From an uncultured Lachnospiraceae bacterium (GTDB lineage Bacteria; Bacillota; Clostridia; Lachnospirales; Lachnospiraceae): 64,000 bases of DNA. This document shows, piece after piece, positions 56,220-64,000 of this stretch (its first letter is position 1; each line of letters starts with the position of its first letter). The stretch spans positions 82,906 through 146,905 of the forward strand of contig CARHSH010000001.1 in the NCBI GenBank assembly GCA_948989975.1. The letters are read 5' to 3'. The notes beneath the pieces are model-generated. The model did not search any database and was not told where the DNA came from. It worked only from the letters and a program-made list of their open reading frames with translations. Made by a program: the position numbers and the translations under genes.

Positions 56220-56990
56220 TTGGAGATGGAAAAAAAATGCACACTTTTCTTTGTGCCGGCAATGATATTAGCCGCGGCGGCCGGATGCGGGACAAAGACG
56301 CCGGATAATGCCGGTGTAGATACAAACCGTCCGCAGAATACGCAGGCGGTTCATGGGACGGAGACGGAAATTGCAGTAGATACGGAACATACAAGCCAGC
56401 TTCAGTTAGGCAATGCAGTCGAGATACCGGAAGGATTTGAAGGGCGGATTGCGGAAGAAGAAGCGCATCGGGAATTAGAGCAGGCGATCGCCAAATATTG
56501 CGGCATAAGGGAAGAAGATTTTGAAAAGACGCGTTATTATTATAATTATGTTGACTTAAATGAAGATGGGCAAAATGAAATACTTGCTTTTGTGTTCGGG
56601 CAGGACGTCCCGCAGATACAGGGAAATGTTTTGTTATGGCTAAATGAGGAACGGGGAAGCCTATCAAAAGATTCTGTGCGCCAGTCGTTTGAACAGGTTG
56701 GAACTCCGGTGTATATCAGCAGCCAGAAGACAGAGGGCTACAGGAATTTAATTTTAACGGAAAATACGCAGACAGTGTCTGTATTAAAAGAACAGGGGAC
56801 AGAGCCGGTTTCCATCGGACAGAGCTATCGGGAGCTTACTTATACCGGAGAGAAGTATCAGGAGTTGGAAGAAGGGGCCACATTAGACGATATCCGTGAT
56901 AAAAAAGGGACGGCGATATTCACAAATCCTATAGAAAGCGGTTTGGCAAATGAAAATTGCCATATTTTGGGAGAAGCTATTCGAAAATAA
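56220..56990 (+). CDS. Putative lipoprotein
   Basis: MEMEKKCTLFFVPAMILAAAAGCGT: signal peptide with lipobox-like AAGC. Confidence 0.5.
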   Translation: MEMEKKCTLFFVPAMILAAAAGCGTKTPDNAGVDTNRPQNTQAVHGTETEIAVDTEHTSQLQLGNAVEIPEGFEGRIAEEEAHRELEQAIAKYCGIREEDFEKTRYYYNYVDLNEDGQNEILAFVFGQDVPQIQGNVLLWLNEERGSLSKDSVRQSFEQVGTPVYISSQKTEGYRNLILTENTQTVSVLKEQGTEPVSIGQSYRELTYTGEKYQELEEGATLDDIRDKKGTAIFTNPIESGLANENCHILGEAIRK

Positions 56991-57009
56991 GAAAAAAGGG
57001 GGACTTATT

Positions 57010-58500
57010 ATGTTGAGACAGTATGAGACACGCAGGTATCAAATGCCGCAAGAGGAGATTAAGGCGTTAGTCAGGGAGAAACGGGCGGAGCTTGTCCGCC
57101 AGCAGCTTTTAATTAAAGAGCAGGCGCTTCCGGTTTTTGTGTTAGTGGAAGGCTGGGGAGCTTCCGGCAAAGGCACCTTAATTGGCAATTTAATCGAAGA
57201 TTTAGATCCGAGGTTTTTCCATGTGAAAAAAATGAATGCGCCGACTGAGGAAGCGAAGCGCCATCCGTTTTTATGGCGGTACATGGAAGTTATGCCGGCG
57301 GCAGGGCAGTTTCTGTTTCTAAATTCCGGCTGGTTAAGTGAGACGGCAGATGCAATGGCGGATAACAAGATAGACGACGTTTCTTTAGAGCAGAGGTTAA
57401 GGCAAATCCGTATTTTTGAGCGTCAGTTAAAAGACAACGGTTATCTTGTTGTAAAATTGTTTTTACAGATTCCGCCAGAGGAACAAAAACAGCGGATAGA
57501 GAAATTGATGGAAGATAAGGATACAAAATGGCGGGTGTCTGAAAAAGATCTGCTTCAAGTAAAGAAGCGGGAAAAATACGAGAAGCTCTACGACAGGCTG
57601 TTAGAAGCGACGAATACCGGATACGCGCCGTGGAATATTGTCGACGCCGCAGACAAAAAACAGGCTCTGCTTCAGGCGCTTCATATTTTAACGATTCAAA
57701 TTAATCAGGCGGAAGTAAACAGAAAGGCGCTTCCGGAAATCTTGTACAAAGACTATCCGCTGCTTAAAATGCCAAAGCTTTCCGAAGTTCCGTTGAACCA
57801 GAGCTTGTCGAGGGAAGAATATGAGGTCCGGTTAAAAGAACTGCAAAAGAAGCTGAAAAAGCTCCATAATAAAATTTACCGCAAAAAGATCCCTGTGATC
57901 ATTGCTTACGAAGGCTGGGACGCCGCTGGAAAAGGCGGGAATATTAAGCGGCTGGCAAGCGCGCTCGACCCAAGGGGGTTTGAAGTTTATCCAATCGCAT
58001 CTCCGGAACCGCATGAAAAATCGCGTCATTACCTCTGGCGGTTTTACCACAGGCTCCCTAAAAGCGGGCATATTGCAATTTTTGACCGCACATGGTACGG
58101 CAGGGTGATGGTAGAGCGGATTGAAGGGTTTTGTTCGGAAAATGATTGGAAACGGGCATATAATGAAATTAATGAATTTGAAAAAGAATTGACGGATTGG
58201 GGCGCGGCAGTCATTAAATTCTGGGTGCATATAGATAAAGAGACACAGCTTGCCCGTTTTACCGAACGGCAGAATACGCCGGAAAAGCAGTGGAAAATCA
58301 CGGACGAGGACTGGCGGAACCGTGAGAAATGGGACGTATATGAAACAGCCATTGACGAAATGATTGAGAAAACTTCAACGGAAAATGCGCCATGGTTTAT
58401 TATTCAGTCAAATAATAAATATTATGCAAGGCTTCAGGCAATTCAGATTGTAATTGATGAAATTGAGAAACGGCTGGCTTTGCCGCCGCGTAAAAAATAA
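57010..58500 (+). CDS. ppk2: Two-domain polyphosphate kinase 2 family protein (polyphosphate:AMP/ADP phosphotransferase type)
   Basis: Two PPK2 Walker-A motifs: EGWGASGKGTLI and EGWDAAGKGGNI. Confidence 0.8.
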   Translation: MLRQYETRRYQMPQEEIKALVREKRAELVRQQLLIKEQALPVFVLVEGWGASGKGTLIGNLIEDLDPRFFHVKKMNAPTEEAKRHPFLWRYMEVMPAAGQFLFLNSGWLSETADAMADNKIDDVSLEQRLRQIRIFERQLKDNGYLVVKLFLQIPPEEQKQRIEKLMEDKDTKWRVSEKDLLQVKKREKYEKLYDRLLEATNTGYAPWNIVDAADKKQALLQALHILTIQINQAEVNRKALPEILYKDYPLLKMPKLSEVPLNQSLSREEYEVRLKELQKKLKKLHNKIYRKKIPVIIAYEGWDAAGKGGNIKRLASALDPRGFEVYPIASPEPHEKSRHYLWRFYHRLPKSGHIAIFDRTWYGRVMVERIEGFCSENDWKRAYNEINEFEKELTDWGAAVIKFWVHIDKETQLARFTERQNTPEKQWKITDEDWRNREKWDVYETAIDEMIEKTSTENAPWFIIQSNNKYYARLQAIQIVIDEIEKRLALPPRKK

Positions 58501-58996
58501 TGGTATTTCAGAAACAGTTAGAAAAGCCACGGCTGGGATTCAAGCGGCGTAAGTAATGATAAATTGAAAAAAGGACGTATTGAGTATGATTGACTTGAAA
58601 GATAAGAACGCCTGTCCTGTTTTAGAGGAAATAGGGCAATATGTCAATAATCCTGTTTTATGCAATTTTGTTCAGAAATAAAAACTACATATAAATGTAA
58701 GGGTCTGATAGAATTTAGTTCCTGCAGTTGGGAAAAGGCTGGAATGTTAAGTTCAAGAAAGCGGGAGGATTTATGAACAAACCAAAGAGGGGAATGGGCA
58801 AAAGTGGCTGATGGCTGATTTAGAAGATAAAGAAAGTTTATATCAAGATATTCTTCGTTTAATCCAAATTCGGCGGAATAGCTGAACAGGGGGAGCCTGT
58901 TTTAAAGTTTAAAAAATGATTTTCAAAAAATTCTGGAAATTTGCTTCAAGTATAGTATAATAGGAGATGGTAAGGAGAAGAAAGCGAGGTACTAAT

Positions 58997-61036
58997 ATGA
59001 AGAAGAAAAACCAAATGGAACGCCAGAAACTTACAAAAAAGAAAAAACAGCAGTCTTCAGAAAAGACGACGATCCAAAGGGAAATCAAACTGCATATCGT
59101 CCGTCTGAGCGCCATATCACTGGCGGTTATGGGTTTGTTGTCCGGTATATTGAATTACATATCGACTATGAGTACCCTGCAGAAAACGTTAGTGGAAGAA
59201 GCGGAGACTTCAGCGGAAGTTGTGGAGCATACGCTCCGCGCTGAAATTAATCTTGTGGAAATTATTGGGACGATTGCCCGCCTGAGCAATGAAGAAATTC
59301 CGGCAGAACAGCGCCAGACGCTTTTAGAAGGCTACCGCAATCATTATAATTGGCAGTCGATTATGATTACAGATGAAAAAGGAGTTGACAGGTTAGGATC
59401 CGGAAAGGATATTTCGGGGGAGGCCTATTTTAAAGATGGAATGGAAGCGAAATCGGTAATCTCTGATCCGTTTTGTGATTCCGTTACAGGCCAAATGCTG
59501 TTAGCGGTTACAGTTCCCCTTTGGGAAAACGGTGTGCAAAACACAGCTACAGTCGGGGTGGTGACAGTTACATTTGATGCATCGAAGTTATCGGATATTG
59601 TGTCAGAGATTAACGTCAGCAAGAATGGAAACGCATTTGTCATTGATGCGCAAGGAAGGTTTATTGGGCATCCAGATCATACGTTGGTGACGTCGGAGAC
59701 GAATTACATAAAAGACAGCAGCCATTCCGCAGGAAAAAGCCTTGCAAAAATAGAATCCAAGATGATTACGGGAGAAAAAGGATTTGGAAAGTATCGGGAA
59801 GGAATTGACACAAAAATTGTAGCGTATGCCCCGATTGAGTTAAATGGCTGGAGTTTAGCGGTTTATGCGCCTTTTATGGATTTTATGAGCTTATCCGTTT
59901 TAAGCGTGGCGCTTATTATAATTGTGCTTATTGTTTCCGTTTATGTGGGCGCGAGAATTGCGAAATGGGTTGGCTCGTCAATAGGCGAACCGATCAGCGA
60001 ATGCGCGGAAAGGCTGAAGCTTTTGGCAGAGGGAGACTTGGACGCTCCGATTCCGGTCATACATACGGACGACGAAACTTTAATTTTGGCGGATTCGACG
60101 CGGACGATTGTAGAAGGCTTGCGTGACATTATCGGAGATGCGGCGTACGTGTTAAGAGAAATGGCGCAGGGGAACTTTGACGTTAAAACTGTCATTGGCG
60201 ATGAAGCGTATGTGGGGGCATTCCGCGAGCTGATTCTTTCTATGAGGACGTTAAACATAGATTTAAGCAATACGCTGAGAGAAATCAATGAAGCGTCATC
60301 TCAGGTTGACGCCGGAGCGTCCCAGATGGCGGACAGCGCGCAGAGCCTTGCAGTCGGGGCGACGGAGCAGGCAGGAGCGGCGGAAGAATTGCTAGCCACT
60401 GTAACTGACGTGACAAATCATGTAGAAGAAAATGCAAGGGCTACTGATGAAGCGCATGAACAGGCAAAGGCCATGGCGTTAGTGGCAAAAGCAAGTCAGG
60501 ATAAGATGCAGGAACTGACGGGGGCGATGAGAAAAATTGAAGATACTTCCAAGCAGATCGGCAATATTATAGAAAATATTGAAGACATTGCCTCACAGAC
60601 TAACCTGCTTTCCTTAAATGCCGCGATTGAAGCGGCAAGAGCCGGAGAAGCGGGAAAAGGATTTGCAGTTGTAGCGGATCAGATCCGTAAACTTGCGGAG
60701 CAGAGCGCAGAATCTGCAGTGGATACGAGAAAATTAATAGAAGCGTCGATTGCAGAAGTAGCGGTTGGCGGCAGGATAACAAAAGATACGGCAGATCATC
60801 TTGACAATGTGATGCAGGGATTAGATGAAATACTGCTTGTAATTAGCGACGTGCGGATGGCATCGGATAAACAGGCGGTCGCAATTAAAAACATTGAACA
60901 GGGAGTTGCTCAGATTACATCTGTCGTAGAGAACAATTCCGCGGCCGCAGAAGAATCTTCCGCAACCAGTGAAGAACTTTCGGCGCAGTCAGAAAGCTTA
61001 AATTCTCTGGTAAACCGTTTTCAATTAAGAAAGTAA
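58997..61036 (+). CDS. Methyl-accepting chemotaxis protein (periplasmic Cache-type sensor, TM, HAMP, MCP signalling domain)
   Basis: Signalling-domain core [36 protein letters not shown]. Two TM segments flank a ~270-aa extracytoplasmic domain. Confidence 0.85.
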   Translation: MKKKNQMERQKLTKKKKQQSSEKTTIQREIKLHIVRLSAISLAVMGLLSGILNYISTMSTLQKTLVEEAETSAEVVEHTLRAEINLVEIIGTIARLSNEEIPAEQRQTLLEGYRNHYNWQSIMITDEKGVDRLGSGKDISGEAYFKDGMEAKSVISDPFCDSVTGQMLLAVTVPLWENGVQNTATVGVVTVTFDASKLSDIVSEINVSKNGNAFVIDAQGRFIGHPDHTLVTSETNYIKDSSHSAGKSLAKIESKMITGEKGFGKYREGIDTKIVAYAPIELNGWSLAVYAPFMDFMSLSVLSVALIIIVLIVSVYVGARIAKWVGSSIGEPISECAERLKLLAEGDLDAPIPVIHTDDETLILADSTRTIVEGLRDIIGDAAYVLREMAQGNFDVKTVIGDEAYVGAFRELILSMRTLNIDLSNTLREINEASSQVDAGASQMADSAQSLAVGATEQAGAAEELLATVTDVTNHVEENARATDEAHEQAKAMALVAKASQDKMQELTGAMRKIEDTSKQIGNIIENIEDIASQTNLLSLNAAIEAARAGEAGKGFAVVADQIRKLAEQSAESAVDTRKLIEASIAEVAVGGRITKDTADHLDNVMQGLDEILLVISDVRMASDKQAVAIKNIEQGVAQITSVVENNSAAAEESSATSEELSAQSESLNSLVNRFQLRK

Positions 61037-61094
61037 GTTAGGCATTGCGTGACAAAAACGAAACAGTAGGCTGGTTTTTTCCGGTTTATGCTGG

Positions 61095-61128
61095 AAACCG
61101 CCCGTTATTGGCAGTAACGGGCGGTTTT
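61095..61128. terminator. Bidirectional intrinsic terminator
   Basis: AAACCGCCCGTTAttggcagTAACGGGCGGTTTT. Confidence 0.8.
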
Positions 61129-61130
61129 AT

Positions 61131-62234
61131 TTATGATATGTTTTTATTGATAAAAAATTCGATGCACGCTTTTGTCTGTTGATATTCTTCATACTTCATA
61201 TAGTATTCCATAAGCTTAAAGTCAGGCGTTTCGTCCGTTTTTACGGGCAGTATAATTTTTTCCCGTAAAATTCGCTTGTCGTTAAGTTCTCTGTTAAAAC
61301 TGTATTTCTCCGCAATTCTATTGATAACGGCGGCAAGAAAGAGATATACGTATTTTGAAAAACTGGTATTTTCCAGTATTGTGACATGGTCGCTTGCAAC
61401 AAATGTGAACGGCTGGTAAAAGCAGGCTCCTATGCTTCCGCTGTTTGCTAAAGTTAAGCAGTTTTCAAAGATTCTAACGCCGTTTGTATTCCTAATAAAA
61501 GCATCTACGCCATTATTCGTTTCAGTAGAAGAAATATAAGGCATGTTGCCCGTGATATGATCTGCTTTTTTTAAACGTTTTCCTCTTTTAATTTTGGGGA
61601 ATATGTCGTGTAGATGAAATTCTCTCCATTCCGTAGGTAGCATTTGTTTTTTTACTGTTTCGTTTGTTTGGGCAAAGGATTGTAGTATTTGTTTTTTCAG
61701 ATGCGTTTCCTGCTGCCTCATACATATTTCCATAAACGTTATATTTGGCGAACCCGCAGGATCTGCGGGAAGAAGTATTTTTAGCCCTTCTGTCCGTCCA
61801 CAGCAATTATTTCCATATGAAAATTTAACAGACTGCATATTTATCATAGTACAGATAAACATTAATGAATTTTTGGGGATTGCATTTTTTGAGACGAGCG
61901 CCTTTACCCTTGTAGAGATATAAAAATCACTTGCCTGAACCGTTGCGAAAAAGTTTCCCCTGTCTGCCAGACTAATTGTTGTTTGGTGGCAAAAAAGTTT
62001 TTGGCGGCTGATTGGGGCAGTGTATGCCGCTATGCCGTTGTTTCCTTTGCTATGGCTGATAATTGGAATGTTTCCTTTGGTAATTTTAGACATAATTAAA
62101 TCTTTGCCCGTATAAACCGTAAAGAGTTCCCCTATAGTAAATTCTTTCCATACACAACGTACGGCGTTTTCAGTCGCCCTCCTTTCCGTCAGTGGTTTTC
62201 TGCTTCGATTCCCGAAATAAACAGCCTCTGCCAT
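61131..62234 (-). CDS. hsdS: Type I restriction-modification specificity subunit (two target-recognition domains)
   Basis: 367 aa. Duplicated TRD-flanking motifs (FTIGELFTVYTGKDL...; EWREFHLHDIFPKIKRGKRL...). Confidence 0.75.
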   Translation of the reverse strand: MAEAVYFGNRSRKPLTERRATENAVRCVWKEFTIGELFTVYTGKDLIMSKITKGNIPIISHSKGNNGIAAYTAPISRQKLFCHQTTISLADRGNFFATVQASDFYISTRVKALVSKNAIPKNSLMFICTMINMQSVKFSYGNNCCGRTEGLKILLPADPAGSPNITFMEICMRQQETHLKKQILQSFAQTNETVKKQMLPTEWREFHLHDIFPKIKRGKRLKKADHITGNMPYISSTETNNGVDAFIRNTNGVRIFENCLTLANSGSIGACFYQPFTFVASDHVTILENTSFSKYVYLFLAAVINRIAEKYSFNRELNDKRILREKIILPVKTDETPDFKLMEYYMKYEEYQQTKACIEFFINKNIS

Positions 62235-63990
62235 GGGTTATCATATTTACTTGAAAAGTCAGAAAGTCTGCCATAGTATTTGAAAATGCATCTGCTTTTG
62301 GTATTTCATCATTGAAATAGTAGAACGAGTGAAGCCATTCGTCATCTGCCTGCGTCTGCGCCATTACCATAAATTTATTTTCTGCTGGGGCATGGTATCG
62401 GAAACAGGAGATTAAATGCGCTCTTTTTTCTTTTGCGCGTTCGGTTTCCACAAGTCCGATATGTTTATTCATTACAAATCCATCATCTTCAAAATTGATA
62501 AATTTACAAAATTTTTCTTTTGGGTGAGGTTTATGAGCTGTAAATATTGCGATACAAGGATTCGTTCCTACCCTGTAAAAAGTTTCTTTATTTAGCGTAA
62601 TTACGCCTTCTAAGGTATGGTTTTGTAGAATTGCCGCTTTTGTTTCCTTGTCTTCTTTTGTTTTGCCAACCATGGCTGACTGTGGGACAATCACACATAC
62701 CCTGCCATTTACAGCCATGGAATCCAATAAATGCTGAATAAACCGGATTTCCGACAAATGAGACGTTTCTTTGTTTTTGGCCTGTGAATATGGAGGATTC
62801 ATGAAACCGACGGAATAGTTGTTTTTTCTCAATTTTTCAGGGTCACATAATAAAAAATCTGTGCAAATTAAATTGCTTTTTCCATCGCCGCGAAGGATCA
62901 TATTTGTTGTGGCAATCGAAAACATATCTTCACGCACTTCTATTCCATGTAACTGTTCTTTTTTTATCCGGTTTTTTTGTGAATCATCAGAATCATGGGA
63001 AAGGCTTAACATTTTTGCCATTGCCGCTATCAGGAATCCGCCTGTGCCACAGCAGGGATCAAACACAATGTCTTCTGCCTGTAAATCAACCAAATCACAA
63101 AATAATTCTGTAATATGCCGCGGCGTTAAGACTACTCCAAGGCTTTGCCCATCTCCGCCGCTATAACGGATAAATTCGCCATAAAAACGTCCTAAAACAT
63201 CTTCTGGAGTATTTGCGATGACTGGCTGTAAAATATGCTGATGTATGTATTCCGTAAAGAATTTTAAGGGCGTTTTTCCTAAACGTTTGTCTAAGGCGTT
63301 TAATTTTACTCTATCTTTTATTAATGTAAATTGATTCAGGATTTGTTCTTTTTTTTGTGAGGGCTGAACTTTTACACGTTCCATATGATCCGATAGTGCA
63401 TCATATATTTTATCCCCATCTGTTTTAATCGTATCTCCGTTTAGTTGATCTGGATGAAAATTTTTTTCGCATAAAGCGAGCAAAACCGCTGATACAATCA
63501 GTGGTTTCTCGCTGTCGCCAAGCTGGCCATAATTTCTTAAATGTTCGTGAAGTTCTGCCGATTTTTTTAGTATAGTTTCAAGTTCTTCGGCTTCTTTTGG
63601 GATTTCTTCTAAAACCTGTTCATGGTAATATTGATCTATATTTTTTTCATTGAAATTTTCAAAATTTTCCAATTCAGGAAGCAGAACGTAGCCACCATTT
63701 TTGTCTACAAAAATAGGACGTATTTTGTGCCGCTTTTCATCTCCCGAACAGCCGAAAGCAAATGCTTTTTGAAAAGAAGTGTATTTTAGAATATGCTTTG
63801 CATAGTGGAGGGTGCCGTTTTCGGCAAACTCACAGATAGCTTTTGTGTCTTCTGACAGTTTGCCGTTTTCATAGAGCGCCTGCTGTTGGGGCGTGGCTTT
63901 ATCTTCAATCACGAGAATAAAATCGTTTACCATTGCCGTAAATTCTGGATAACCAGCTTTTTTATTTCCCCGTTTTGATGCAGTTTTCAA
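62170..63990 (-). CDS. hsdM: Type I restriction-modification N6-adenine DNA methyltransferase subunit
   Basis: FDPCCGTGGFL (motif I) and FMNPPYS (motif IV, NPPY). Start lies 10 nt from the window end, so the N-terminus may be incomplete. Confidence 0.8.
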   Translation of the reverse strand: MKTASKRGNKKAGYPEFTAMVNDFILVIEDKATPQQQALYENGKLSEDTKAICEFAENGTLHYAKHILKYTSFQKAFAFGCSGDEKRHKIRPIFVDKNGGYVLLPELENFENFNEKNIDQYYHEQVLEEIPKEAEELETILKKSAELHEHLRNYGQLGDSEKPLIVSAVLLALCEKNFHPDQLNGDTIKTDGDKIYDALSDHMERVKVQPSQKKEQILNQFTLIKDRVKLNALDKRLGKTPLKFFTEYIHQHILQPVIANTPEDVLGRFYGEFIRYSGGDGQSLGVVLTPRHITELFCDLVDLQAEDIVFDPCCGTGGFLIAAMAKMLSLSHDSDDSQKNRIKKEQLHGIEVREDMFSIATTNMILRGDGKSNLICTDFLLCDPEKLRKNNYSVGFMNPPYSQAKNKETSHLSEIRFIQHLLDSMAVNGRVCVIVPQSAMVGKTKEDKETKAAILQNHTLEGVITLNKETFYRVGTNPCIAIFTAHKPHPKEKFCKFINFEDDGFVMNKHIGLVETERAKEKRAHLISCFRYHAPAENKFMVMAQTQADDEWLHSFYYFNDEIPKADAFSNTMADFLTFQVNMITHGRGCLFRESKQKTTDGKEGD

Positions 63991-64000
63991 GGCATCCTGT

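Noticed and set aside
58577-58672. 31-codon ORF MIDLKDKNACPVLEEIGQYVNNPVLCNFVQK with AAGGAC RBS-like sequence
   Set aside because: Too short and unsupported to call; it could be a small protein, but there is no corroborating signal.

Overview
This 64 kb window looks like a spore-forming Firmicute chromosome (Clostridia-like). Supporting genes: a near-canonical SpoVT, a BioW-type biotin pathway, ribD-ribE-ribBA-ribH behind an FMN riboswitch, KtrAB, and frequent ATGA stop/start overlaps.

Positions ~1-33400 form one same-strand (+) surface-glycan island of ~33 kb. It holds a complete pseudaminic acid pathway: pseB at 3598, and pseF/pseI/pseG/pseC/pseH at 16274-22074. These are split by ~12 kb of putative decorating enzymes:
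- three tandem paralogs of an uncharacterised protein with a NeuD-N-like domain plus a ParB/Srx-like 'GHHR' domain
- a radical SAM/SPASM enzyme
- a 521-aa methyltransferase with a long extension
- a Pol-beta nucleotidyltransferase-fold protein
- a TPP-dependent carboligase and an aldo-keto reductase
- two paralogous small methyltransferases, the first broken by a G9 homopolymer (candidate phase-variable switch)
- a class III aminotransferase

Downstream in the island are a CDP-3,6-dideoxyhexose module (two G1P cytidylyltransferases, a 4,6-dehydratase, an E1 3-dehydrase) and a complete GDP-type legionaminic acid pathway (legH/I/G/F, ptmE-like, legB, legC). No Wzx/Wzy/Wzz, undecaprenyl-phosphate transferase or export genes are present, so a protein (flagellin or S-layer) O-glycosylation island is more plausible than a capsule or O-antigen locus. 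A second G10 tract sits between two paralogous GT-A-like genes at the 5' end.

The rest of the window, in order:
- HTH regulator, FMN riboswitch, ribDE(BA)H with an unusual ~380 bp structured spacer before ribH
- bioWF (fused)-bioD-membrane protein-bioA
- a sugar-1-kinase/nucleotidyltransferase/phosphatase operon
- spoVT and a class A PBP
- a ~1 kb composite non-coding repeat element (two inverted ~220 bp palindromic modules flanking four ~116 bp tandem repeats)
- glcK, a DUF4317-like gene, ktrAB
- an ECF sigma/anti-sigma pair with an upstream secreted His/Cys-rich protein
- a lipoprotein, a two-domain PPK2, an MCP
- a type I R-M hsdS/hsdM pair running off the 3' end
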